A stretch of DNA of 64,000 nt. Origin: an uncultured Chloroflexia bacterium (GTDB taxonomy: Bacteria > Chloroflexota > Limnocylindria > Limnocylindrales > CSP1-4). The DNA is taken from positions 538,576 to 602,575 of the forward strand of contig CAVRZS010000004.1 in NCBI GenBank assembly GCA_963725745.1, read 5' to 3'. The notes under the pieces were generated by a model that was not told where the DNA came from, made no database searches, and saw only the letters and a program-made list of their open reading frames with translations. Shown here in pieces: positions 46,965 through 56,485 of this stretch. A program made the translations under genes and the position numbers. Position 1 is the first letter of the stretch. Each line of letters starts with the position of its first letter.

Positions 46965-47177
46965 ATGCGACCGATGACGGCACGAGAACGCACAACATTC
47001 TTCGATCGGCTGGTTGGGATGCGCGAGGCCTACCGCTCCCTCGATGCCCTCGACCGCGCCGGGATCACATCGATTACCGAGGCGATCGCGGACGCCGAGC
47101 GGGAGCTGGCGGCCACCGACACGGAAGCCGACGCCGTGTCGACCGACCCTGCGCCGACCGCCCACCACCCCGTCTGA
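46965..47177 (+). CDS. Small hypothetical protein
   Basis: 70-aa track ORF (a second ATG at 46974 gives MTARERTTFFDRLVGMREAYRSLDALDRAGITSITEAIADAERELAATD). The composition is helical and protein-like. I recognise no family. Confidence 0.35.
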   Translation: MRPMTARERTTFFDRLVGMREAYRSLDALDRAGITSITEAIADAERELAATDTEADAVSTDPAPTAHHPV

Positions 47178-47194
47178 ACCGGATCGGTCCGTCG

Positions 47195-48408
47195 TCAGCC
47201 CGTCGCTTCGAGCTCCGTCCAGGTTCGGACCGGCATCCGCGGGTCGAAATACGCGAAGGTGCCCTTGCCCAGGGCCTTGGCCGCATACATTGCCGCGTCG
47301 GCGCGGACCAGCAGGTCCTTGGCCACAGCGCTTCCCTCGTGGCCGGGCCCGTGGCGCACAGCGACGGCGATGCCGATCGACCCATCGACGACGATCGAAC
47401 GCCCGCCGAGCTGGATCGGTCGCCGCAGCTCGCCGAGGATCCGCTGGGCGGCCGCGGAGGCCTCCTCCTCGGCGACGACGTTGACGAGCAGGATCGCGAA
47501 CTCGTCGCCGCTCTGGCGGCCGACGACGTCGCCCTCCCGAACCGCGCGCGCCAGGCGCTCCGCGACGCGACACAGGATGTCGTCCCCGGCCGCATGGCCG
47601 AACGTGTCGTTGACCCGCTTGAAGTCGTCGAGGTCGACGAACAGGAGCGCCACGCGACCGAGCTCGCGTCCCTGCCGCGCGAGGGCTCGCTCCAGGTGAT
47701 CGCGCAGCAGCACGCGATTGGCCAGGCCGGTCAGCGGATCGTGCAGCGCATCGTGGATGAGCTGCGACTCCAGCCGCTTGCGGTCCGTCGTGTCGACCAG
47801 CAGGCCCTGCGAGACTCGCCGCCCGCTCCGGGTATCGTCCGCCATCGCGAAGGCCTCGTCGCGGACCCAGACCTCCGAGCCGTCTCGGGCCAGCATCCGG
47901 TACTCCGCGCGGAGCGGCTCGCCGGTGCGCCAGTGCGCGTCGTACGCCGCGATCGCCGCCGATCGGTCCTCGGGATGGATGCGACTGGGCCACAGCTCGG
48001 GGTCGTCGACGAGCTCGTCGGGCCCGTAGCCGAGGATGCCGGTGATCTGCGGGCTCATGTAGGCGAGGCGGCCGCCGTCGGAGACGTCGGGGTCGGCCAT
48101 GTCGATGTAGACCGCCGCGGGCACGTGCTCGACGAGCACCCTGAGGCGCGTTGCCGAATTCGCGCCTCCCGCGTCGAACGCTCCAGGCCGGCCGCCGCGG
48201 CACGCAGACGCACGAGCAGGATCGCCCCGCAGCCGAGCACGAGGGCCAGCGCACAGACGGCGATCACAATCCGCGCGGACGTCGAGCCGATCACCGTCGC
48301 GCCGAGGATCGACGCGATGCCCAGCACCCCGAGAACGATGGCGCCGCCGAACAAGCCGACCACGTGAACGCCGTCGGGCACGCCGAACCGTTGCGTGGGC
48401 TGATCCAC
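47195..48408 (-). pseudogene. Membrane-anchored PAS-GGDEF diguanylate cyclase, interrupted by a frameshift (-1 / +2 type) near 48160-48175
   Basis: The N-terminal TM part MDQPTQRFGVPDGVHVVGLFGGAIVLGVLGIASILGATVIGSTSARIVIAVCALALVLGCGAILLVRLRAAAAGLERSTREA is in track ORF 48055..48408. The body is in the frame of track ORF 47195..48538: NSATRLRVLVEHVPAAVYIDMADP... (PAS), HDPLTGLANR, and RQSGDEFAIL (GGDEF variant SGDEF). Confidence 0.8.
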
Positions 48409-48552
48409 GCCGCGACGCTACGCTCGCCCCTTGGGGCCGACCACCACGCAATGGGACCAGTACCTCGGTCGCGCACGGGAACGATTCGGCGACGAGGCAC
48501 GCCCTAGCATTCGAGCGCGTCCTCCAGTGTCGCGCCAACCGAAGGGGCGTCC

Positions 48553-49116
48553 GTGGACCAGCGAGGTCTCGTCGAGCGAGCGCAGCGGGGCGATCATGAC
48601 GCCTTCGCGGTGCTGGCCGGCGCGTCCATCGCGCGGCTGGACTCGGCCGCCCGCCTCATCGTCCGGGACCAGGACCTCGCGCGGGACGCGGTCCAGGACA
48701 CGCTCGTCCGCTGCTGGCGCGACCTGCCCACGTTGCGCGACCCGGTCGCCTTCGACGGCTGGCTGCACCGGCTCCTCGTCCATGCCTGTCTCGACCTCGT
48801 TCGCCGTCGACGCCGACGGGTGATGGAGGTCGAGCTCACCTCGCTGCACTCGCCGGCGATCGGCGACTTCAGCGGCCAGGTGATCGACCGCGACCTCCTT
48901 GATCGCGCGCTGTCCGGGCTCGCCCCGGACTGGCGCGCGATCGTCGTCCTGCACTACTTCCTCGAGGTGCCGCTGCCGGAGGTGGCGGCAAGCCTCGGGA
49001 TCCCGCTCGGGACCGCGAAGTCGCGGCTGCACCGGGCGATCGGCGTCCTCCGCACGGCCGCCGGCAACGACGCCGTCCAGACCGGCATCGCGATCGCGGA
49101 ACGGAGGCCGGCATGA
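48553..49116 (+). CDS. ECF (group 4) RNA polymerase sigma factor (second copy)
   Basis: 187-aa track ORF. Region 2 reads DAVQDTLVRCWRDLPTLRDPVAFDGWLHRLLVHACLDLVRRR. Region 4 reads IVVLHYFLEVPLPEVAASLGIPLGTAKSRLHRA. The stop overlaps the next gene start (ATGA at 49113). Confidence 0.9.
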   Translation: MDQRGLVERAQRGDHDAFAVLAGASIARLDSAARLIVRDQDLARDAVQDTLVRCWRDLPTLRDPVAFDGWLHRLLVHACLDLVRRRRRRVMEVELTSLHSPAIGDFSGQVIDRDLLDRALSGLAPDWRAIVVLHYFLEVPLPEVAASLGIPLGTAKSRLHRAIGVLRTAAGNDAVQTGIAIAERRPA

Positions 49117-50426
49117 CCCAGTTCGACCGCTTCGAGCGCGAGCTCCCCGTGGCGCTGGGCGACGTGGCCGGCACCGGGGCGCCCGACTACCTCACCGACA
49201 TCCTCGGGCGGACCGCCCGCACCCGGCAGCGACCCGCCTGGGCCTCCCTCGAAAGGTGGCTCCCCATGGACCTCGCAACCCCGCGGGCGGCGACCGCCCG
49301 TGTCCCGTGGCGCGCGGTGGCCGCGCTCGCCCTGATTGCCTTCCTGCTCGTTGCCCTGGTGGCCATCTACGCCGGTGGCCAACGCCATGTCCCGCCGCCA
49401 TTCGGCCCGGCCGCCAACGGCCTGATCCCGTACGACGTCGACGGCGACATCTTCGTCGCCGACCCGATCGACCGGCGCTAGTCGCCTCCTCTCCGGCGGG
49501 CCCGCAAACGACTACATCCCGACGCTTCTCTCCCGATGGCACCCACGTCTCCTTCCTCCGGGCGTCGTCCGACTGCCCCACCCCCGGCGACGTGTGCCCG
49601 GGGGGCGAGGAGATCATGGTCGTGGCCGCTGACGGCAGCGGCGCGCACGCGATCAGCGGCCAGCCGCTCGTCGGCCTGCGGGTCGCGAACTGGGTCCCCG
49701 ACAGCCGCAACGTCCTCGTCGGCTACGTCGACGACGGCGTGTTCCGGCTGGTGGAGTTGCCGATCGACACCGGAACGCCTCGCCATGGTCGCCGAGGGTT
49801 TCGAAGTCGATTGCGGCCGTGTTCCGACCCGCCGGCCGGCGACGAGCTCCTCGTGCGTGGCCTCGTGGACGGCAACGTCGGGCCTGTATCGCATGAACGC
49901 GGACGGCTCGGACCTGCGGCTGCTCGCGAACGCCGCCACGCCCGGCGAGACGCTCGGCGACAACCAGGACCTCAACTTCCCGGCCTATGCGCCCGACGGC
50001 AGCCGGATCTTCTTCAACCGCTACGTCCCGGCGGCCCAGACGATCCAGGCCTGGGTCATGAACCCCGATGGCTCCAACCCGCACCGGTTCAACCAGGCGG
50101 GACCCGTCTGCTGCTGGTGGGAGGGCGAGATGGCGCCGTCGCCTGACGGCAAGTCGGTGCTGATGTGGCGCGTGTCACCCGACAGCGAGGACGGTGGCGG
50201 CATCACCGTGTATCCGGCGGACGGGACCGGCCCGGGACGGTTGATCGGCCCCGACCTGGCGGATACCGGCCACTGGGCCTGGGCACCCGACTCGACCCGC
50301 GTCCTCGTGAACCACAACGACGCCGCGCAGGGCGGCCAGGTGCTGATCGACCCTGCCACCGGCACCTGGGAACCGGCACCGTGGCATGACAACGCCGAGC
50401 CCGACTGGCAGCGCACCGCGCGCTGA
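49113..50426 (+). pseudogene. Anti-sigma / TolB-like beta-propeller paralogue carrying multiple +1 frameshifts
   Basis: The N-domain plus TM is in track ORF 49113..49481 (...VPPPFGPAANGLIPYDVDGDIFVADP). TGASRLLSGGPANDYIPT is in the +1 frame. FSPDGTHVSFLR...VELPIDTGTP is in the frame of ORF 48899..50146. LYRMNADGSDLRLL...SPDGKSVLMW...DWQRTAR* is in ORF 49536..50426. The blades align with the intact paralogue at 32473..33747. Confidence 0.75.
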
Positions 50427-50451
50427 GTCGCATCCAGGCAGCCACTGATGG

Positions 50452-50477
50452 GAGCCCCGGCCCCGCGGCCGGGGCTC
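50452..50477 (+). terminator. Perfect 11-bp GC hairpin downstream of the anti-sigma pseudogene (no U-tract)
   Basis: GAGCCCCGGCC-ccgc-GGCCGGGGCTC lies 26 nt after the stop at 50426. Confidence 0.35.
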
Positions 50478-50581
50478 GATCGCGTCCCGCTTGACGGGCG
50501 TCGCTGGTCGGCGGACGCGGGGAGGGGCACAATCCGGGCATCACCAACCGGATCCGCGGCAAGCGCGCTCGTCGGCGCGCC

Positions 50582-52048
50582 ATGGAGGCCCCTGTGACCG
50601 ACACCCTCATCCCCGCCAAGGCGTACCAGCAGTTCATCGGCGGCCACTGGGTTGACGCGGCGTCCGGGGAGACGCTCGATGTCGAGAACCCGGCCACGGG
50701 CGAGGTCGTCGCCACCGTTCCCGCATCCGCGGCGACGGACGTCGACCGGGCGGTGAACGCCGCGGCAGACGCCTTCGACACCTGGTCGCTGACCACGCCC
50801 CAGACCCGCAGCCTGGCGCTGCTCAAGATCGCCGACATCATCGACGAGAACGCGGTCGAGCTCGGGCGCCTCGAGTCGAGCCAGACGGGCAAGCCCACCG
50901 GCGCCGCCATCGACGAGATGACGACCTCGTCCGACCTGTTCCGCTTCTTCGCCGGCGCCTGCCGCGTGATGGAGGGGCTCGCGGTCACCGAGTACCTCGA
51001 GGGCCACACCTCGATGGTCCGCCGCGATCCCGTCGGCGTCGTGGCCTCGATCGCTCCCTGGAACTACCCGCTGTACATGGCCGCCTGGAAGCTCGGGCCG
51101 GCCCTCGCGACCGGCAACACGGTCGTGCTCAAGCCGTCCGCGCGCACGCCGCTCTCGGCCCTCCGCTTCGCCGAGCTCGTGGCGGGCGAGCTGCCCGATG
51201 GCGTGCTCAACGTGCTCTCGGGCACCGGCGGCGCGATCGGCGACCTCCTCGTCGGGCATCCGAAGGTGCGGATGGTCTCGATCACCGGCGACACCGTCAC
51301 CGGCAAGCACATCGCCGAGCTCGCCGCGGGCACCGTCAAGCGCCTCCACCTCGAGCTCGGTGGCAAGGCCCCGGTGATCGTGTTCGACGATGCCGATGTC
51401 GAGCTGGCGGCCGAGATCATCAAGTCGGCCGGCTACTGGAACAGTGGCCAGGACTGCACGGCGGCGTGTCGCGTGATCGCCGGCCCGGCGGTCTACGACA
51501 GCTTCATCGCCGCCCTGACCGACCAGGTGAAGTCGATCAAGTGGGGCAACCCGGCGGACGCCGACGACCTGGACATGGGCTCGCTCATCGCGCAGGCCCA
51601 GGCCGACAAGGTCGAAGGCATGGTCGACCGAGCCCTCGAGGCGAAGGCCGAGCTCGTCGTGGGCGGTCACCGGCCCGACCGGCCCGGCGCCTATTTCGAG
51701 CCGACGATCATCGCCAACCCGAACCAGGACAGCGAGATCATCCAGGACGAGGTCTTCGGTCCCGTCGTCACCGTCCAGCGCTTCTCGGACGAGGAGCAGG
51801 CGGTCCAGTGGGCCAACGACGTCAAGTTCGGGCTCGCGTCCTCCGTGTTCACGGGATCGATCGGGAAGGCCATGCGGACCGCGCGCCGGCTGCAGTTCGG
51901 CACCGTGTGGATCAACGAGCACTTCACGCTGGCGTCCGAGACGCCGCACGGCGGCGTGAAGGAGTCGGGCTACGGCAAGGACGGCAGCAAGTACGCCCTC
52001 GAGGACTACACGACGGTCAAGCACATCACGATCAACACCGGGATCTGA
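50582..52048 (+). CDS. NAD(P)-dependent aldehyde dehydrogenase (aminobutyraldehyde/PatD-like)
   Basis: 488-aa track ORF. Contains VVASIAPWNYPLYMAAWKLGPALATGNTVVLKPS, LHLELGGKAPVIVF, and SGQDCTAACRV (catalytic Cys region). Confidence 0.9.
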   Translation: MEAPVTDTLIPAKAYQQFIGGHWVDAASGETLDVENPATGEVVATVPASAATDVDRAVNAAADAFDTWSLTTPQTRSLALLKIADIIDENAVELGRLESSQTGKPTGAAIDEMTTSSDLFRFFAGACRVMEGLAVTEYLEGHTSMVRRDPVGVVASIAPWNYPLYMAAWKLGPALATGNTVVLKPSARTPLSALRFAELVAGELPDGVLNVLSGTGGAIGDLLVGHPKVRMVSITGDTVTGKHIAELAAGTVKRLHLELGGKAPVIVFDDADVELAAEIIKSAGYWNSGQDCTAACRVIAGPAVYDSFIAALTDQVKSIKWGNPADADDLDMGSLIAQAQADKVEGMVDRALEAKAELVVGGHRPDRPGAYFEPTIIANPNQDSEIIQDEVFGPVVTVQRFSDEEQAVQWANDVKFGLASSVFTGSIGKAMRTARRLQFGTVWINEHFTLASETPHGGVKESGYGKDGSKYALEDYTTVKHITINTGI

Positions 52049-53503
52049 CCGTCGACCGCGACGCCGTCGAGGCGGCGGTTCGCGACCTCGACCTCGAGGA
52101 GCTCGCCGGGCGCCGCTGGTTCGCGTCCAAGGGCCTCGTCCCATCGTCCGCGCGGCTCGCGCACGCGTTCGTCGTCACCGGCGGTTCCGTGTTCGCGCTC
52201 GTCGACCTGCGCATCGGCGAGCGTTGGGACCGCTACGCCCTCGCGTTCACAGCGGCCGATGACGAGCTGCGCGAGGCCGCCGACGACGACGGCGCCTGGC
52301 GGGCGCTTGCCGCTGCGATCGCGCACGGGCGGACCATCGGCGCGCTGCAGCGCGAGGGCGAGGCGTCGCCGAGCGCCGCCCTGGTGTGCCGGCCCGCGCC
52401 GGCCTTCGCGGACCTGTGGGCGGAGCGTTGACGGCTCCCTCGGCGATCTTGCCGATGCCGACGCGCGGCCGCTCGGCCGCGACCAGTCGAACACGTCCGT
52501 GGTGCTCGGCGACCGGCTGCTGCTCAAGGCCTATCGCCGTATCCAGCCGGGCCTCAACCCCGACCTCGAGCTGACGGCCTTCCTGTCCGAGGAGGCCGCG
52601 CTCGAGGCCGTGCCGCGGCTCGCGGGCTGGGCGGAGGTCGTCACCCGCGAGGATGGGGCGTCGACGGTCGCGATGCTGCAGCAGTTCGTTGCGAACGGGT
52701 CGGACGCGTACGAGGCGACGGCCGAGCGGCTGGCGTCGCTCGTCGCCGACCCGGGCCGAGCGGACCTCGAGGCGGCCTCGGACATCGCCGAGGACCTCGG
52801 CCTCATGGTCGCCGATCTGCACGCGGCTCTCGCCGCGGCGCCCGGCGACGTGCCCGATCTCGCGCCGCGCCCCGCGACCCACGACGAGCTCCGGGCGTGG
52901 CGCATGGATGCGGTCCGCCAGCTGCATGCATCGATCGCGGCGCTCGCCGCCACCGACCCGAAGGCCGCGGACACGTTGCGCGGCTGGGCTCCTGAGATCA
53001 CCGCCACGGTCTCGCGGTTCGAGGCGGTCGCGACCACCCCGTTGGTGATGCGCATCCATGCCGACCTGCACCTGGGCCAGGTCCTGGTCGCGCCCGAGGG
53101 CTATCGCGTGATCGACTTCGAGGGCGAGCCCCTGCGCCCGATCGAGGAACGACGGCGCCTCGACTCGCCGCTGCGCGACGTGGCCTCGATGCTGCGGTCG
53201 CTGGACCACGTCGCGCGGAGCGCACGCCGCCGCGCGACGGACCGCGCGGGCGGGCGCATCGAGCGCCCCGGGCTCGACGTCGAGGCGTGGATCGATCGTG
53301 CCCGAGACCGGTTCATCGCGGCCTATGCCGGACGGCTCGCCCGGGCCGGTGCCCCGATCGTCGTCGACCTCGACCTGCTCGACGCCTTCGAGGTCGCCAA
53401 GGAGTCCTACGAGTTCGAATATGCGGCGACGGTGCTACCGTCGTGGCTCTGGGCACCGCGCGACGGGATGCGCTGGTTGCTGTCGCGCAGGGAGGCGTCA
53501 TGA
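52045..53503 (+). pseudogene. mak: Maltokinase (Mak/Pep2-like), interrupted by a +1 frameshift near 52426-52430; start codon unclear
   Basis: The N-terminal cap ...LEELAGRRWFASKGLVPSSARLAHAFVV...PAFADLWAER* is in the tail of track ORF 51466..52431. The kinase body is in track ORF 52259..53503: DGSLGDLADADARPLGRDQSNTSVVLGDRLLLKAYRRIQPGLNPDLELTAFL...RIHADLHLGQVLV...VIDFEGEP. The junction reads gag cgt t gac ggc. Confidence 0.8.
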
Positions 53504-54549
53504 CCGAGGCTGTTCGCCCCGAAGAGTCCCCGCAGCCGACGGTCGACGAGGCGCCGGATCGCTCGGCGGACCTGCTCGCGGACATCCTCGCGAGCCCCGA
53601 TGAGCTAGCGGCGGTCCTCGACCTGCATGCGCGGGCCATCGCCGGTTTCGACGAGGCGCTGTTCGACCATCCGCGGTGGCGCTTTCTCGGCATGGGCAGC
53701 TCGCGGCTCGCGGCCCTCGACGCGGCGTCGCGGTTGCGCGCCGTCGGCGTGGATGCGGCGGCCGAGGTCGCCTCGGGCGCCTCCCCGAGCGAGGCCCGGG
53801 CCGACACCGTTGCGGTCGTGATCTCGAACTCGGGGCGGACGCCCGAGGTCGTCGCGGCTGCCGACCGCCATCGCGACGGGTCGCATGTGATCGCCCTGAC
53901 CGGGGATCCGAAGTCACCCTTGGCGGGCCGCGCCGACGCCGTGCTGCAGCTCGTTGCCCAGCGTGGCGAGTCGGCCGGCATCGCCAACCTGTCGTTCCGG
54001 TCGACGGTCGCCGCGCTCTCGATGATCGTCGACCGCATCGAGGGACTGACGGCCGGCGCCGGGCTCGCCGCCGCCATTCCCGTGCTCGAGGCCCTGCTCG
54101 CCGGTCGTACGGACTGGCTGGGCTCGGCCGCCGACGTCCTCGGCGAGGGCCGCGAGGTGCACGTCCTCGCCGACGCGTCGCGGATCGGCATCGCCGAGCA
54201 GGCGGCCCTCGTGCTCCGCGAGGGACCGCGGATCTCGGCGCACGCGTTCGACACCGGAGACTGGCTCCACGTCGGCCTGTACACCCTGCTCCCCGGCGAC
54301 CCCGTCCTGCTGCTCACGGGCGCGGCCGCGGACGAGGCGGCCGTGGCGACCACGGTCGCCCGCGGCGGTCGGATCGTCGCGGTCGGCGGCAAGGTGAAGG
54401 ACGCGGTCGCCTCGATCCCGCTCCCGGACTCGGTCCTGGCCGACGATCGACTGCGCGCGCTCGTGGAACCCGCGGTGACGGAGCTGATCGCCGCGGAGCT
54501 GTGGCACCGGGCGAGCGCGACGACGCTGAGCGAGCATTCGCCGGCCTGA
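53500..54549 (+). CDS. SIS-domain sugar isomerase/aminotransferase-like protein
   Basis: ATG 53500 overlaps the mak stop (ATGA). Contains RWRFLGMGSSRLAALDAASRLRAVG...VAVVISNSGRTPEVV...VIALTGDPKSPLA, which is the SIS pattern. Confidence 0.8.
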   Translation: MTEAVRPEESPQPTVDEAPDRSADLLADILASPDELAAVLDLHARAIAGFDEALFDHPRWRFLGMGSSRLAALDAASRLRAVGVDAAAEVASGASPSEARADTVAVVISNSGRTPEVVAAADRHRDGSHVIALTGDPKSPLAGRADAVLQLVAQRGESAGIANLSFRSTVAALSMIVDRIEGLTAGAGLAAAIPVLEALLAGRTDWLGSAADVLGEGREVHVLADASRIGIAEQAALVLREGPRISAHAFDTGDWLHVGLYTLLPGDPVLLLTGAAADEAAVATTVARGGRIVAVGGKVKDAVASIPLPDSVLADDRLRALVEPAVTELIAAELWHRASATTLSEHSPA

Positions 54550-54573
54550 TCCACGTCCGGCCGGGCGGAGGGA

Positions 54574-55497
54574 TCAGCCGTCGAGCTCGGCCCGCAGGTC
54601 GGCCACGCGGTCCATCGTCTCTAGGTCGAACGGGCTGCGGAAGACGAAGATCACGTGCTCGAAGCCCACGGCCCGGTAGGCGCGGAGGGCCTCCGCGACC
54701 TCGGCGGGTGAGCCTCCGACGCTGAGCTCGTCGCGCGGGGGGCTGTGGATCTCCCGCCAGCCCGCCCAGGCCTCGTCCGCCTCGGACCGGTCCCGCCGGA
54801 CGACGACGTTGAGGTTGGTCGTGCGCTCGATCGTGCGCTCGTCGCGGCCCGCCGCGGCGCACGCGTCGCGCAGGATCGCGTCGGCGGCCGCCAGCGTCTC
54901 GGGCGAACCGTAGGCGTTCCAGATGTCCGCGTAGCGGGCCACGAGGGGGAGCGTCTTGCGCGGCCCCGAGCCGCCGATCAGGATCGGCAGCCGAGCCTGG
55001 ATCGGGCGAGGCTCGCACACCGCGTCGGTCATCACGTAGTGGCGCCCTTCGTGGGTGACCCGCTCGCCGTCGAGCAGGCGCCGGATCAGCGGGACCGCCT
55101 CGCCCAGTCGGTCGAGTCGCTCGCCGACGCCATCGCCGAAGTCGAGCCCGAACGCCTCGTGCTCGCGCTCGAACCAGCCGGCGCCGAGGCCCACGATCGA
55201 GCGACCCTCGCTCATGTGGTCCAGGGTCGTGGCGATCTTGGCGGTGAGGCCGGGATGGCGGAACGTGTTGGCGGCCACGAGCAGGCCCAGCGTCGCCCGG
55301 CTCGTCGCGGCGGCCACCGCCGCCAGCGAGGTCCAGCCCTCGAGCTTGGGATCGCGCCAGTCGCCCTCGTCCGACAGGAGGTGGTCGTCCAGCCAGATCG
55401 AGTCGAAGCCCGCGGCGTCGGCGTGGCGGACCGCGTCGCGCAGCCCCGGCCACCCCGTCCGCTGGATCCAGAACGCCGCGCCGAAGCGCATCGCCAT
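54574..55497 (-). CDS. LLM-class (luciferase-like) F420-dependent oxidoreductase
   Basis: ATG 55497 gives MAMRFGAAFWIQRTGWPGLRDAVRHADAAGFDSIWLDDHLL...GRSIVGLGAGWFEREHEAFG...LIGGSGPRKTL. Only the last 307 codons of track ORF 54574..57156 are used. Confidence 0.85.
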   Translation of the reverse strand: MAMRFGAAFWIQRTGWPGLRDAVRHADAAGFDSIWLDDHLLSDEGDWRDPKLEGWTSLAAVAAATSRATLGLLVAANTFRHPGLTAKIATTLDHMSEGRSIVGLGAGWFEREHEAFGLDFGDGVGERLDRLGEAVPLIRRLLDGERVTHEGRHYVMTDAVCEPRPIQARLPILIGGSGPRKTLPLVARYADIWNAYGSPETLAAADAILRDACAAAGRDERTIERTTNLNVVVRRDRSEADEAWAGWREIHSPPRDELSVGGSPAEVAEALRAYRAVGFEHVIFVFRSPFDLETMDRVADLRAELDG

Positions 55498-55527
55498 CGG
55501 TCGCCTCCTCGACCGTATCGTAGGGGG

Positions 55528-56445
55528 GTGGGAGACCCGCTCGACCCCGGCGTCACCGTCCCGCCCGTGCTGCGGGACGCCGTTCTCGGCTGGTACCGGG
55601 GCCACGGGCGCGCGCTCGCGTTCCGGGCGACGCGGGATCCGTACGCGATCCTGGTGTCGGAGCTGATGGCCCAGCAGACGCAGGCGGAACGGGCGGCGAT
55701 CGCCTGGACGGCATGGATGGCGCGCTTCCCGACGGTCGACGCACTCGCGGAAGCCCCGGTGGCGGACGCGGTCAGGGCATGGGCGGGCCTCGGTTACAAC
55801 CGTCGTGCGATCAACCTGCACCGGGCGGCGCGCGCGATCGTCGCCGAGCACGGCGGGCGGGTACCGGACACGGTCGAGGGATTGATGGCGCTGCCCGGCG
55901 TCGGCCCGTACACCGCCCGAGCCGTGGCCGCGATCGCGTTCGGACGGTCCGTCGGGGCCGTCGACACCAACGTCCGGCGCGTGCTGGGCAGGGTCGCCGC
56001 CGGGGGCGCGGACGGGCTGGCCGCGGCCGACGTACAGGCGCTCGCCGACGCGGTCGTGCCGGACGGGATGGCGAGCGACTGGACGCACGCGCTGATGGAC
56101 ATCGGGGCCCTGCGCTGCCGCCCTCGGGCGCCGCTGTGCGCCGACTGCCCGGCCGCCACGTGGTGCCGGTACGCCGCCGGTGCACGGCCGTCGGCCTCCG
56201 TGCCCGCGAGGTCGTCGGCCGCCCGGAACCGCGAGCCCGCCTTTCCCAGCACGACCCGTTGGCTGCGCGGCCGGATCGTCGACCGCGCCCGTGACGCGGA
56301 CGGCGGGGCCTGGGTGTCGTTCGGCGACCCGATTGGCGACCACGACCGCCCGGCCGTTCGCGAGGCCGTGTCGGCGCTCGCGTCGGACGGCTTGCTCGAG
56401 GTCCGCGAGACGCTCGACGGTCTCGAGGCCAGGCTGCCCGGCTAG
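55528..56445 (+). CDS. mutY: A/G-specific adenine DNA glycosylase (MutY-like, HhH-GPD with 4Fe-4S loop)
   Basis: GTG 55528 (GTG 55567 is an alternative). Contains DPYAILVSELMAQQTQ, GLGYNRRAINLHRAA, LPGVGPYTARAV, and CRPRAPLCADCPAATWC (Cx6Cx2Cx5C). Confidence 0.85.
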   Translation: MGDPLDPGVTVPPVLRDAVLGWYRGHGRALAFRATRDPYAILVSELMAQQTQAERAAIAWTAWMARFPTVDALAEAPVADAVRAWAGLGYNRRAINLHRAARAIVAEHGGRVPDTVEGLMALPGVGPYTARAVAAIAFGRSVGAVDTNVRRVLGRVAAGGADGLAAADVQALADAVVPDGMASDWTHALMDIGALRCRPRAPLCADCPAATWCRYAAGARPSASVPARSSAARNREPAFPSTTRWLRGRIVDRARDADGGAWVSFGDPIGDHDRPAVREAVSALASDGLLEVRETLDGLEARLPG

Positions 56446-56485
56446 GCCGACGATCGGGCGGCCGCCGCGGGGTACCCTCTCACCC

